A stretch of 64,000 nucleotides of DNA from the human T2T-CHM13v2.0 reference genome, Homo sapiens (GCF_009914755.1 NC_060927.1), one strand, 5' to 3'. Counted from the stretch's first letter, positions 20,172 to 43,834 are shown. Notes: a model not told the origin generated them from the sequence alone. Numbers and translations: made by a program.

Positions 20172-20418
20172 TTAGAATCTTCAAATTCTTAAAATGGATG
20201 TTAAGATAATCTTCATTTATGAAATGGTAGATGATCAGTATTTTTAATTTCATTTTATTGGTTTGCAACATCCATTTCTCTAGTAGGTGAAGAACAAAAG
20301 ATAAATCCTGTGGCTAATTCTGTGGGCTTCAGAATTACTCAAGTCTGAAGTTCCTTTGATACTTGTATCGTGTAGCACCCATGTTCATCAGTTTTAAATA
20401 TTGGGGATCCCAGTGGCA

Positions 20419-20792
20419 TGTTATACTAGTCTGCTTGGGCTGCCGTAACAAAATACAAGACTGGGTGGCTGAAACAACAGAAATTTATTTTCTCATGGTT
20501 CTGGAGGCTGGAAGTCTGAGATCAGGGTGTCAGCATGGTCAGGTTGTGGTGATGGAGCCTCTTCCTGGCTTGCAAATGGCCACCTTCTCCCTCTGTCCTC
20601 ACATGGCAGAGAGAGAGAGAGCACTCTCTGGTGTCTCTTCTTATAAGGGCACTGATCCCATCTTGAGAGCCCTATCCTTCTGACCTCAGCTAAACCCAAT
20701 TATCTCCCAAAGGCCCCTTTCCAAAAGCCATCACATTGTGGGTTAGGACTTCAACATATGAATGTCGGGGACACAGACATTCAGTCCATAAG
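20419..20792 (-). mobile_element. MaLR solo LTR (MLT1A0-like)
   Basis: gggctgccgtaacaaaatac...ttctggaggctggaagtctgagatcagggtg...ttcaacatatgaat...cattcagtccataa. Confidence 0.85.
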
Positions 20793-21011
20793 TGTTATGG
20801 TGTTGGGATGATGTTAGGCCAAGGATACAGGAAGATTCAAATCCTTCCTTGGTTAAGCTACCCCAAAGTTTGAGGAACAATGGCAAAACAAAGCAAATAA
20901 TGCTACTACTAGCTAAGGCTTTGAAGTCTCAAATCACCCAGCAAAGCTCTGGAAAGCTAAGCAGTTCGCACAGGAGAACTAATTTACCTAAGGTGGCTTG
21001 AATCATCCAAG

Positions 21012-21630
<619 letters not shown>

Positions 21631-21704
21631 ATACACAAACAAAGCTAGCCAATGACTTGCATTGCCTAATCCCAAGACCAAGTCTTAGCTAAAAATACAT
21701 TTTA

Positions 21705-22290
21705 GGCGGGTCACAGTGACTCACACCTGTGATCCCAGCACTTTGGGAGGCCAGGGTGGGAGGATCACTTCAGTCCAGGAGTTTAAGACCAGCCCAGACA
21801 ACATAACAACACCTCGTCTCCACAAATAATTTAAAAAGCCAGGCATGGTGGTGTGTAGCTGTCGTCCTAGCTACTCGGGAGGCTGAGGTGGGACGACCAC
21901 TTGAGTCCAGGAGATTGAGAGTGCAGTGAGCCAAGAGCATGCCACTGCACTGCAACCCGGACAACAGAGCAAGACCCTCATCTGCAAACTATATATTTTT
22001 TTAATTTTTTATTTTGAAATGGAGTCTTGCTCTGTTGCCAGGCTAGAGTGTAGTGGTGCTATCTTGGTTCACTGGAACCTCCGCCCCCTCCCCGGGTTCA
22101 AGCGATTCTTCTGCCTCAGCCTCCTGAGTAGGTGGGACTACAGGCGCACACCACCACGCCCAGCTAATTTTTGTATTTTTAGTAGAGACAGGGTTTCAAC
22201 ATGTTGGCCAGGATGGTCTCGATCTCTTGACCTCGTGATCCGCCTGCCTTGGCCTCCCAAAGTGCTGGAATTACAGGCCACTGCTCCCAG

Positions 22291-22292
<2 letters not shown>
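21705..22292. mobile_element. Tail-to-tail inverted Alu pair: AluJ (+) 21705-21985 and AluSc (-) 21996-22292
   Basis: Alu consensus matches. Confidence 0.88.

Positions 22293-22333
<41 letters not shown>
22293..22333. repeat. (TG)n microsatellite, about 20 units
   Basis: Perfect TG run. Confidence 0.95.
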
Positions 22334-22335
<2 letters not shown>

Positions 22336-22468
22336 TTGTATTTATATATATTTATATATATTTTAAAAGATGCAGGGCCCCCCATTAACACTAGAAGAAA
22401 TGGATCCAAAGATGGAGAGTATTTACCCCCAAGGCTTGGTATGAGCTGCTTTAGAGATTGTCCACTTC

Positions 22469-22539
22469 AGGTTGCAGTAAGCCAAGATCAGGCCACTGCA
22501 CTCCAGCCTGGGCGACAGAGTGAGACTCCATCTCAAAAA

Positions 22540-22578
<39 letters not shown>

Positions 22579-22580
22579 AT
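22469..22580 (+). mobile_element. Heavily 5'-truncated Alu with (AAAT)n tail and 22-bp flanking direct repeat
   Basis: TAGAGATTGTCCACTTCAGGTT at 22452-22473 and 22580-22601. Confidence 0.9.
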
Positions 22581-23000
22581 AGAGATTGTCCACTTCAGGT
22601 TTTCTAATGCCACACTGGATGTTCCAAGGAAAACCTAAGAGAGAAAAACAAGTGGCCTTATTGGAAGATGGAAGAAGTGAGAGCCACAATAATTTGCTGA
22701 TGTTTTCTTTTTTTTGTAAGTTCAACCCTTATCAAATATAGTCCAGGGTCCCAGAATTGGGCTAATCCAGACCAAGATTTATCTTCTTTTAAGTCTCTAC
22801 CTCTTGATCGACACTCATTCCTCAAGTCAAAGGAGAAGGAAGGAATGGAAGCTAAGAGTGGTACCTTTCCAGAATTTAATACGAATCAACAAAAGTTGGT
22901 AGCATTATGTACCTATCAGGCTACTTCCTTTGTTTCTGACCTGTTTTTGTTTTGTTTTCTTCCCTCCTCTCCCCTTTACACCCACTCCTTACACACAAAG

Positions 23001-23252
23001 GTGATTTTAAAGGATGTGGACTCACTTCTCTACGTGGACACCGATGTCCTCTTTCTGAGACCTGTTGATGACATCTGGAAGCTTCTGAGGCTGTTTAATT
23101 CCACCCAGCTTGCAGCCATGGCCCCTGAGCACGAAATCCCCAAGATTGGCTGGTACAGCCGCTTTGCTAGGCATCCTTTCTATGGCTCTGCAGGAGTTAA
23201 TTCAGGAGTCATGTTAATGAATTTAACTCGGATAAGAAGTACCCAGTTCAAG
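23001..23252 (+). CDS. GXYLT2: GXYLT2 internal coding exon (probably exon 4), GT8 catalytic domain with DxD motif
   Basis: Acceptor acacacaaAG|GTG and donor AAG|GTaaac; 252 nt, phase 0-0. Translates [26 protein letters not shown]...[25 protein letters not shown], with the GT8 DTD and NSGV motifs. Recognised from memory as GXYLT2. Confidence 0.96.
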
Positions 23253-23691
23253 GTAAACGAGTGCTTTAAAATTCCTTGTTTAAAGACTGGGAGTTGGTCT
23301 TGTCAACAGTGGCACTACCAGAGTGTCAATATGCTGATTTTGGAAATTGGGTGGCCTATAGGTGAGGATAAAAGGAACCAGAGAAAAGTATTTAGAAAAT
23401 TATAGAATATTTGTTTATTCAGGAAAAGCTCAGATGGCAATGGAATTTAAAGCTTCAGCAAAGTCGCCATTCAGGAATACTATGTTGCATTTCTGAATTC
23501 CATAATGTTTGAACGCTTCATACCCAATGCTTCAAAGACTATGTAAAATTTCTTCAAATTACCCTAGGGATTATTTATGTAAGTCCGTGACGATATTTGT
23601 ATAAGGATGTTCGTGATCTCATCTTTTATCCTAGCAAAGAAGTGGAAAGAAGCTAAAAGAACATCAGTAGAGAACTAGTCAAAAAAAATTA

Positions 23692-24911
<1,220 letters not shown>

Positions 24912-25131
24912 TCAGTCCCTGGTCTATCTAGTATCCGTGTGTACAGCTGAAAAAAGCGATACAATCAACAGCCCAAATTTTGCTTTGTTCTGTGACCTGA
25001 GAATAGCAGGACCCCTCCTGTATTTGTTTCCCTCCTCTGAAGGGAAGAAAACTAGTCCCTTTACATTGTTTCTCAGTGGACAAAATGTATTTGCTTTGCT
25101 TCAGCTGTTCTGATGGTTTTCTTTTTTCCAG

Positions 25132-25255
25132 AACAGCATGATTCCAACAGGCCTGGCTTGGGAGGACATGTTGTACCCTCTGTACCAGAAGTACAAGAAT
25201 GCCATCACGTGGGGAGACCAGGATTTATTAAATATTATTTTTTATTTCAACCCAG
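25132..25255 (+). CDS. GXYLT2: GXYLT2 coding exon (probably exon 5)
   Basis: Acceptor ttttttccAG|AAC and donor CAG|GTagg; 124 nt. Translates [41 protein letters not shown], with the GT8 DQD motif; in frame with the previous exon. Confidence 0.96.
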
Positions 25256-25892
25256 GTAGGTTATCTTTGGAGAATGCCTTTTGTGTAGGAGTACACTCAG
25301 CACACCCCACGGAGCACATTCCATGCCCGGGTTGCTATTGACTAGGCTTGAATTGTGCACAGAGGAGCCTGTGTTCCCCAGCGAAGTTTGCCCTTTCATC
25401 CGCCCCCCTGGGTATCTGATGGAGGCGGGGCCTTGCACTACTGACACAAAAGGCCAAATGTTGAAACTTCCAACACTGGACTCATTTTTAGAGAGTATCT
25501 TTTAGGTTTTGCTATACCATTCTTCTAAGAAGTGCAGTTAAAATTGATGTGAGGCGTGAAACTAAATGGAAATATTATAATCTAGGCGGGAGACCCTGTA
25601 GCCTGAACAATTGCTAGATTGAAGGGAATTGATTCTCAGGGTCCTTGGAGTTCAGGAACATATTCAGGGTCAAAACATCCTAGAAAAAGAACTCAGATCC
25701 CCAAATCCGTTTTGCTTTTCATCTGAGGCAAAAGAAATTCTTCTTATATTGTTAGGTGGATGATTTGGTGGGGTAGAGGGAAAAAGGGAGATGAACATTT
25801 CTGGTCTGTGTGTTTATATTAACACGTAAAGCTAATAAAATTCTTTTTTCCTCTTCCTTGTTAAAACTTTATTCTTATTAAAAATTAAAACT

Positions 25893-26192
<300 letters not shown>

Positions 26193-26516
26193 TTAAAACT
26201 ATGTTTTCTTCTTGAGAGAGATCTTTGGGCAAAAAAAGCAATCCTTACCCTACCCTTTTCAGGCCTTTCCTTTTGATTTAAAAATCCTGAAGTAGAGACT
26301 GCTGTTCAGAAAGACTTTGCCTGTGTTTGTTTGTATGTCACCCTTGGAACACATATTGTGTACCTTTTTAAAAAAAATTCTGGAATAAAACTCAATTTCA
26401 TATGTCTTTGGATCAAAAAGGATCAAATCCTCGAAAAGAAAAAAAAGCAGGTTGATACAGAGTTTCTTGGAAAGATTCCCAATACCAATTTAGTAGAGGA
26501 AAGGGGAATGTCTTAG

Positions 26517-28121
<1,605 letters not shown>

Positions 28122-30939
28122 CTTTTCTTTAAATACTGCATTTTCCTCTTTGTCATGTGGCCAAAACGATCTAATTTAAGTCTCCCTGTCCATATTCCCA
28201 AATTGAGGAATCCAAAAGATTCACACAGTTGCCTCCCCAGTTCCTCTTAGCCTGTTGCTGATTATTTGAGGATGTGATTAGTGAGTAAATAAATAATACC
28301 CGAAGGCAGTCGTAAGCAGCTTTGCAATTAAACAGGAGTCCCTTGTCTTTAACTGGGGCTGAAACCAGAGGAGTTTAATTGCTTCTTCACTCTCCATCTG
28401 AGATCCATTGAGTAAAACAGGATATTGGAAAATAATCGTGACGTTGTTCTAAATCCTGGTTCTGCACAGTATCAAGTAAATAACCAAGTTTTCTGGTTTT
28501 AGATGAGTGATTGTTAGGTTAACTCCCTGACTGTCCTTCGTACAGCCTGCATTTGATCTTCCTATTTCATACTTTACCCAGGTACTTGATTAAACATGGG
28601 ATCTTTGAACTGAGATCCAGCAATATCTATCACATTGTAAGGTTTCTCTTCATGTATATTGATTGCAGAGTACTTTCCACAAACCAGAACAAACTGTATT
28701 TGAAAAAAAGATTTGTCACCTTTATCCCTGGAAAGGAGAGAGGGAGACAGTATTGGCCACGGCACAGCAGATAAACATGTTTATTGTTATGGTTCTTCAG
28801 GTTGCCATGGGTGAACCAATGCACATAAAACCTGTAGCACACATCAGGAAATGTTGTCATTATTATAGTGTCTTGTATCTGATAACACCGCTTTTTAAAA
28901 TGTGTTTAAAAGTCATTAGCTAGAAAGTGTTTTAAAACTCTTGCTATAATTAGATAGTAAATGCCTGTGGGTGCATAATTGCAGTGTTGGGTAATAGACT
29001 GACTTGAGATAGCTGAAACGCGTGGGGGCTTTCAGGACAGTTCACAGGACATTTCCTGGCAGGTGAGCCAACGCAGCTTCATCAAGGGGTGGAAAACTGA
29101 GTTCACACTCTTAAAGGTGAGTCTGAGTCAAGAGCAGAGTTCTATAGAAGGGATAAATCTGACAGGAACCAAAAGAGAATTCTATATAGGAAGATGTGTT
29201 TAGATGAATGCACTTAGGTTTCAGGGAACACAGCTCCACTCAGGCCAGCTAAGTGAGGGCAGATACTGTAAGAGGCCAGGGGCAGTCTCATGACCACACG
29301 AGTCAAATCAAGCCAGGCTTCATGAGAACTGGCCTTGGGAAGTTGCCAAGGACCAAAGTAGTTTCTTCATCTCTCAGAGGCCTCATGGTTTCTGTGATCT
29401 TTGCTTCTCTCCGTGCCAGTCTGATTCTATTCTGTCTCTCAGACCACATTCTCTGTTTGCCCATGGCCCAACCTGATTGTCAACCCCAAGTGAATACATT
29501 TTCACAAGTCCACAATCAATGATGATGGATCTCCTCTGTTTCCTAATTTGAATTCTTAGCAAAAAAAAAAAAAAAAAAAAAGAGAGAGAGAGAGAGACTG
29601 GCCCAGCCCAGCTGCGGCTGAATTCTCTTTAATTTGGGAGACCACCCTTGATCAGGCTCTAGAAGGGCAAAGTCATGTGGCATTTTCCTCTCTCAAACGT
29701 GACCACATAGGTCTGCTCCTTCTACAAGGGCAATTTCTAGAAAACTGAGATGTGGGTAGGGAAGAAAATGAAACCAGCCAAGTATAAGTGATAAGGCAGG
29801 GCATCAGGCTAGTGTAGAGGCAGAATTCTGCCTGAGGGAAGAGAGAAGAGCTGAAATGCCCATGGAGTACACGTAGATTGTGAGTCAAGTGTGTGATACT
29901 AGGGAGGCAGGAGGAGTTCATGGGAACCTCAAGGAGCAGGACTCACTCACATGGGACAAGTCTCTTCAATGGCTCCAGGAGGGCCTTATTCTCATCCTGC
30001 CTGGGGTCACTGGAGCCCTGCCCTTGAGCGTGCAACCACACTGTATATTCACCACACCAAAGCACCCAGCAACAGGCAGTTATGAGTGCTGCATTGTGGG
30101 ATTGACAAGCCCAGTTATTTCATATTGGGACTGTTCTAGGAAACTGGTAACAAATCACTGTTTCAGGAGTCTAGGAAGTTCATGAGCCCTGATGTAAAAC
30201 GCAAGAGAAAAGGATAAAAATTGTATGGTCTGTGTGAGAAGGGGTTGTGTCAACTTTGTGTCTTTCACAGTGCAAGGCTCAGTGCTTTAAATGGAGTTGG
30301 TGTTCAGAAGTGTTGTTTGGTTGAATGAATGGAATTAAGAGAAGGGAGTGAAGGGGAAAAGTATTAATAAATGGAAGAGAAAGAGCCACAGCAAGGAAAA
30401 TGAGAGAAAAGAGAAGTTCAGGAGAGAAAGGAGATAGAAAGCTGGAGAAAGGGAAAAGATGCATTTGGTGAAAGGAGGTATAAGTTGCATTTCATTCATT
30501 CATTCAGCACTAGTTTTTGAGCACTATGTGCCAGCCACAGGGCTAGGTCCCAGGAATATGGCAACAGATGAGTTAAACAAAGTTACTGGTTTCATGAAGC
30601 CTACCTTTTGTTGGAGGAGGTAGAAGGTAGACTCCTAAAGAATAACTAGTTGTTCAAAATCACAAATTGTGATAAATGAGATGGAGGAAACAAATGAGGG
30701 GTTGAGAGAGAGACCCTCAAGGCTGGAGAGAGAAGAGCTTCCTTAGATTGTGTGATCAGAAAAGCCTTCTCAAAAAAAGTAATTGCCTTTTTTGGAACAA
30801 GGAGCATTCTGAAATAAGGAAAAAGAGAATGCTGGGAAATCTCAGTTCCAGGATGGGACATTAAAAAAAAAAACAACAAAAAAACTATTAGCAGAGCAGT
30901 TGAACAGCCTCCGTTCTATTGATACAGAGTATTAAGCGA

Positions 30940-32534
<1,595 letters not shown>

Positions 32535-33550
32535 GAGAAAAGGTTTCTTTTTGTAAGCCCTAAACGACTTGGAAAGAGGCAAAAACTCTCATCACTAATC
32601 TAAACTCCATGAAAGCAGGGACTGGATTTTTCTATTATTTGTCCACAGTGCACACAGCAGACACTCAACAAATAGTCATTGATTCAATCAATCAGTGTGT
32701 TTACAAAAACAGACTCAAGCACAGTTTATTCAACTGGAAACTTTAGAAGGTGCTTAAACAAGACAATGTAAATGCTTGGGTGAGCATCATTAATGAGTGA
32801 TATGACCCATTGGGTGACAAAAGGAAGCAGTTGGGTGTGGCCAGGCACAGTTCAAAAGCACTTTTAGATATTTTCCTTTATTTAATCCTCACATCCAGCC
32901 TCTGCATTAAATTGCAGAAAGGTCAGGCAGCTAATAGAGGAGTTGTGATTCAAATCTATATAGGGTGACTTGAGGATGGCCACTACTCCATCCCACTTAG
33001 GGACTATGTATGTGCAAATGTTCAGGTAAATGCAAGTAAGGGAATGTCGTGGTGGAATGGAGTTCTCCTGAGAAAAGAGAAATGTCACAGTGTGTTATGA
33101 GCAATTAGAAATTTGATAAAGGATGCCTAAATGTCACTGTCCTATAAAAGACTGAGCCCTGAAAACATACACAGCCTGCCAGATGGGATGGGTGACAATC
33201 ACTTCATTATTTGCTTTCCATCTTGAAGCTTTCTGTAAGTAATCACTAAGCAATGATTTTTTTCTGTGAGACAGGAATGCCATCAACCCAATGAACAAGC
33301 ACATCTTGAAGTTGCTTTTCCAATGGTGGTGGTGTTACTGATTTGCTGTAATCCTCTCTTGTGCTCTCTCACAGGGTCTTTCTCATGATCAGCAACACAC
33401 ATTTGCAGAGAGCTTTGATCCATACTCCTCTGCCCCCAACCCTGAAAAGCATCAAGCCAAGAAGCCAGGAAGCTAGGGGGTCATGAATTTATTGCTAATT
33501 GTATAATTCTGGTCACCAAGAGGAAATTTTCTGAATCCAATAGGATTAGG

Positions 33551-33752
33551 GCAGAGTTTCTCAACATCAGCACTATTGCTATTGTTGGGGACTGTCCTGT
33601 TCATTATAGGATGTTCAGAGCACCCACTAGATGCCAGTAGCAGCCTCCCCCATGTATAACAATCAACAGTGTTTCCCTCCAAATATTGCCAAATGGCCCT
33701 GGGGTAGAGGAGTAGGGAGGGGGCAAAATTGCCCCTGGTTGAGAACCAACCA
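33551..33752. mobile_element. MER20 hAT fossil
   Basis: cagagtttctcaacatcagcactattg...cccactagatgccagtagca...attgccaaatg...cccctggttgagaacca. Confidence 0.85.
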
Positions 33753-33884
33753 GGGTTTAGAGATACAAACACACCTGTGTACATATGTGCACATATGGCC
33801 ATGGTGCATATAGTTACCTTGGCACAGGGCTTTTTTTTCTTTGCTTTTTGCTTTGGGGTTTTTCTCTTTCCTGTTGTAGGCGGG

Positions 33885-34983
33885 GTTTTTTTGTTGTGTT
33901 GGTTTTTGTTTTTGAGATGGAGTCTTACTCCGTCACCCAGGCTGGAGTGCAGTGTGTGATCTCAGCTCACTGCAACCCCTGCCTTCCGGGTTCTAGATTC
34001 TCGTGCCTCAGCCTCCTGAGTAGCTGGGTTTACAGGCTCCTGCCTCCATGCCTGGCTAATGTTTGTATTTTTAGTAGAGACAGGGTTTCATCATGTTGGT
34101 CAGGTTGGTCTCGAACTCCTGACCTCAAGTTATCCACCAACCTCAGCCTTCCAAAGTGCTGGGATTACAGGTGTGAGCCACTGTACCCAGCCGAAGGTGG
34201 GGGTTTTTGCTGTTTTTTTTTTTTCTTTGGTTTTTTGTTTATTCTTAATCTGAAGCAGAATCTTTACTTTAATCTTGACTCCTCTTTTTTAGTTCTGTCC
34301 ATTTTATAAAACCTTTCCAAAGAGTTGATTACAACTGCTAACACTATTTTTGACATTTTTTTGTGTGTATCTTTTTTTTTTTTTTTTTTTTTTTGATACA
34401 GGATCTCACTCCGTCACAGGCTAGAGTGCAGTGGCATGATCATAGCTCACTGTAACCTCTAACTCCTGGGCTCAAGGAATCCTGCCAAGTAGCTTCAAGT
34501 GTGCCACCATGCCTGGCTAATTTATTTTTGTAATTTTTTTGGTTTGTTCGTTTTTTTTTTGTTTTGAGACAGTCTTATTTTGTTGCTCAGGGTGGAGTGT
34601 AGTGGTGCGATCTTGGATCACTGCAACCTCTGCCACCTCCTGGCTATTCTCCCGCCTCAGCCTCCCAAGTAGGTGGGATTACAGGTGCGTGCCACCATGG
34701 CTGGCTAATTTTTGTATTTTTAGTAGAGACAGGTTTCGCCATGTTGGCCAGACTGATTTCAAACTCCTGACCTCAGGTGATTTGCCTGCCTTGGCCTCCC
34801 AAAGTGCTGGGATTACAGGCGTGAGCCACCATGCCTGGCCCAGCTGCTAATTTTTAAAATTTGTATGGAGACAGGGGTCTTGCTATGTTGCCCAAGCTGT
34901 TCTCAAACTCCTGACCTCAAGTGATCCTTCCACCTTGGCCTCCCAAACTCTGGGATTACAGGTGTGAGCCACCACACCCAGCC
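33885..34983 (-). mobile_element. Antisense Alus (33885-34192; nested set 34372-34983)
   Basis: Alu consensus matches. Confidence 0.88.
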
Positions 34984-35462
34984 AGTGCAACTGCTAACAT
35001 TATTGAACCACTACTGTATGTTTGATACCCTGCTAATCATTTTACATGTATGTTTAAAGTTTAATCATCAAAATAAGATAGAGGTTGTATTATTCCCGTT
35101 TACAGATGAGAAAACAGAAGTACAGGAAGTTAAGTGACTAGACATGGATTTCAGTGGTTTTGAGTGAGAGAGTTGAGATTTGGACCCAGGCTGCCTCGTG
35201 CCTGTGTTTGCTTTCTTATTTAAGATGCAACACTCTCTTCTTTTTTTAGATGAAACCTACATCATCACTGTGTGCCCCTTCAATTCTTGATCTCAGAATT
35301 TTGACAAATGGGGCAAAATTTGATCTATGAGTAAAAAATCACACTCCTGTACTTTGAAATTACATGCTGTGTACAGTTAGTGGAAACAGTTTAATCGTGG
35401 CACATGTGCATGAGAGCTGGCACTAACCGTGGACATATATGTCTTTCTCTTTTTACCACCAG

Positions 35463-35635
35463 AGTGTCTCTATGTATTCCCCTGCCAGTGGAACTACCGT
35501 CCCGATCACTGCATGTACGGAAGCAACTGCAGAGAGGCTGAGCATGAAGGTGTGTCTGTTCTGCATGGAAACCGAGGCGTCTACCATGACGATAAGCAAC
35601 CAACGTTCAGAGCACTCTATGAAGCAATACGGGAT
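35463..35635 (+). CDS. GXYLT2: GXYLT2 coding exon (probably exon 6)
   Basis: Branch-point consensus CACTAAC at 35421-35427, pyrimidine tract, acceptor ccAG|AG, donor GAT|GTAAGT; 173 nt. Translates [23 protein letters not shown]...[26 protein letters not shown]. Confidence 0.96.
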
Positions 35636-35875
35636 GTAAGTGTGCCCTTGCTGCTGTTAGCAGATGTGCTTATCAGCATGAAGCAATATTGGCGCTTTAG
35701 TCACCTGTCCCTTTGAAGGCCAAATATTCCCAAAGCATGGAGTTATACCAGTTATTCCCGACCTCAGTCACGCTCTGTCACTATATCCTCTTGCCACCTT
35801 GTACTATGTCATATCTACTTGACTTATTTCCACGTACACCATTCATTATCTTTTACTTAACCAAATTTACTTTAG

Positions 35876-41032
<5,157 letters not shown>

Positions 41033-41049
41033 ATCCTCTGAGATAGTGA

Positions 41050-41690
41050 AAGGTGAAAGGAGTTCAAAAGGTGTAAAAAGAGTGGGCTGATGGGTCCAAA
41101 GTCCTGGGCTGGAGAGGAGTGTTCTACCAGCTGGGGGAGGGGCACCAGGGAGGCTGCTTGTAAGTCCTAGACTTATCAGATGGAGGCAGCCCAGGGGAAA
41201 TCTGGGGAAAATCCCGTGAAACAGAAGGAATGACCAGGGGAAAGTCCCGGAGGCAGGAATGAATTTGGTGTGCTGGAAAGACAGGAATGGCCAGATAAGA
41301 GGAGAGAGGAGGAACTGAGAGGGGAGAGTTTCCAGGTCACCTTGAACCTTTAGAACAAGGGAGGAGTTGGAATCTCATTCTAATGGCAGTGGAAAGCCCC
41401 TTCGGGAAAGTGATAGGCTCTGATTTATGATTTAAAAATATCACCTTGGTAATGTGGTGGAAGGGATGCAAGAGTGAAAACACAAAGGCTATTTATTTGT
41501 GAGACTAATCGCAGCCACCTGGGTGAGCAATGGGGCCAGCATGGGCTTGCGTGGTGGCAGGAAATGGGAAGAAGTCACCATATTTGGGATATGCTGTTGA
41601 GATAGAGTTTACAGGACTTGCTGATGAATTGGATGAGGGTTGTGGGGGGAAAGAGAGGAATTGAGGGTGATTCCAAGGTTTTGACCTATC
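41050..41690 (-). mobile_element. L2 fragment
   Basis: Purine-rich L2-like sequence (acaggacttgctgatgaattggatg...gagaggaattgagggtgattccaaggttttga). Confidence 0.65.
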
Positions 41691-42545
41691 CTGTTCCCAT
41701 TACTGGAGCTACAGTGGTGAAAAGGACAGATTCAGGACTGGCTTCAAGGGGTTTATCAATGATTTAAATTTCATGATTAAAGAAAAAGTATCCCAAACCA
41801 ACCTGGTCTGGGAGAGAACCTTCTTGCATTACATAATGCATAATCTCCTTCCGAGAAGAAACTGGCATCTCTGATAAACCTGTGTAAGCAGTATTTCTGA
41901 TTAATTTTAAAGGATTAACATTTGTCCTAGGAAACCAGACACCCACCTTTCCTGTTAGGCAAGAGTGTACTGATCTTTAACCATTCTTCTTTCATTTCTC
42001 ACTAGTCTTTCCATATAAAATGTCCTGACCAAGAGTGGATCTTTGACTTGATCTACTACCAGACTTTTCCCTTTCAACAAGATTGTAATAAAACTTTGAT
42101 ACATGTGCGTAACTAAGTGGTCTGAAAGATTTATTTTGGGTTATACTGCTCATAGACGTATTCCATGAAGAAAACAAAAGAATTTTAAAAAATGGCAGTG
42201 ATGATCTCAAAAGCCCAATATTAAGAGGGAAATAAACAACCACTAATATTTGGTACCTGAATTATTAAAATCTGGTTTATTGCCAATAAATTTTACTAGT
42301 AATTGTTAAACCCTGAACTTCACGAGATTACCATAGACATACCCTAAAGTTTCTTCATTAAGGTCAAAAAAGATGAAGAATTCATTGTTTTGTTGTAGTA
42401 GATTTCAAGTGAGTATCTTGAGCCTTCCTTCTACTCAGCATAAACATGCTATGATATATGGACTTTCCTGTCCTTAGAGACATGCATCATTTTTAGATTG
42501 TAAGACCCTTAAGGACCCAAAATTTTTTTTAATTTTATTACTATT

Positions 42546-42671
42546 CTTTTTTAATGAGATGGGGTCTTGCCATGTTGCTCAGGCTGGTCTCAAACTCCTG
42601 GGCTCAAGTGGTCCTCCCACCTCGGCCTCTCAAAGTGCTGGGGTTACAGGTGTAAGCCACCATGCCTAGCC
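42546..42671 (-). mobile_element. FLAM-like Alu monomer
   Basis: Antisense left monomer about 230 bp before the last exon. Confidence 0.8.
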
Positions 42672-42900
42672 TTTTTCTTTTTAAAGAGGTAAAGAAACTG
42701 AGGTTCAGAGAGTTTAAATGATTACCTGGGGTTGCACAGCTGAGACAGGATTTTAAGTTAGATCCTCAAAGGTCTTTTCACTTGTCCAAACCTGTGCCTG
42801 TGGGCTTATCGTAATTCCTGTGTCATTTCTTAGTAAAAATGATCTGCATTTAAAATGGCATTTCCGTTACTAAATAAACTTTTTTTTTGTCATCTTTCAG

Positions 42901-43083
42901 TTTCCCTTTCAAGACAATCTCTTTCAATCCATGTATTACCCCCTTCAGCTGAAGTTTTTGGAGACTGTGCACACTTTATGTGGACGAATCCCGCAAGTTT
43001 TTCTGAAGCAAATTGAGAAAACAATGAAAAGGGCTTATGAGAAACACGTCATCATCCATGTTGGCCCCAACCAGATGCACTGA
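42901..43083 (+). CDS. GXYLT2: GXYLT2 last coding exon (probably exon 7) with stop codon
   Basis: Acceptor ttttttttgtcatctttcAG|TTT. Translates [60 protein letters not shown] then TGA (43081-43083). Not in the ORF track; read directly. Confidence 0.94.
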
Positions 43084-43834
43084 ATATTTTGTCTTGTTGC
43101 AAGTCAATTAGGTGTCTTGTGAACAAGGAAATACTAATCTCTAAGCTGCCTGGGTCTTTTTGTGTGAATATTTAATGGTGCTCCATGACTGTTGAGTTTT
43201 AAAAACCTCGTTAAATTTTGCCAAATCAGTTGCCCCCAAAAGGGAATATGCTTTTCCTTATTTTTTTTTCTAAAATGCTATTTATCTCTAAGGAAAAAAA
43301 AAAAAAGACTATTACTCATTTAACATTGTTTAAGCAGGTTGAGCTAGCTGTGAAAATAGCTTTTGTGAGCCTTCTAATTCCTTAACGTCTGAGACCATTT
43401 CAGTGGCACCTGAGGTGTTATATTGATCTAGCATTCCTGAGACTCTTTCTATGCAACTGACTCCCCCACACCCGTGTTATAAAAGTAATACACACTTGTG
43501 AAACAGAGAGACACACTTGTAGAGCATATGGGTCAAGGGCTCAACATCAAGATTAGATTAGCCATAATCCTATTGACCAGTGGAAAAGATTGTTTCCATT
43601 TTAAAGCAGTTCCTTACAACCTTTTTTCTCTACTTTTGCATTTTCCACTCTAACACACATCTAAAACAGGTAATCTCAGTAAAAGCTGGCCTTTTTGCTG
43701 AGATTTTTATGTGGGAGACTAAAATATTAGACGAGATGATTATGTGTACAGAATTTTATTTAAAATACATCTGAGAGAATCATTCAGATACTTGGGTAGT
43801 GTTAAAGGATGAAGCATGTATCTGGGGGTATTTC

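Noticed and set aside
22845-23405. 186-aa ORF as a stand-alone gene
   Set aside because: Only 23001-23252 is coding; the rest is intronic read-through beyond the splice sites.
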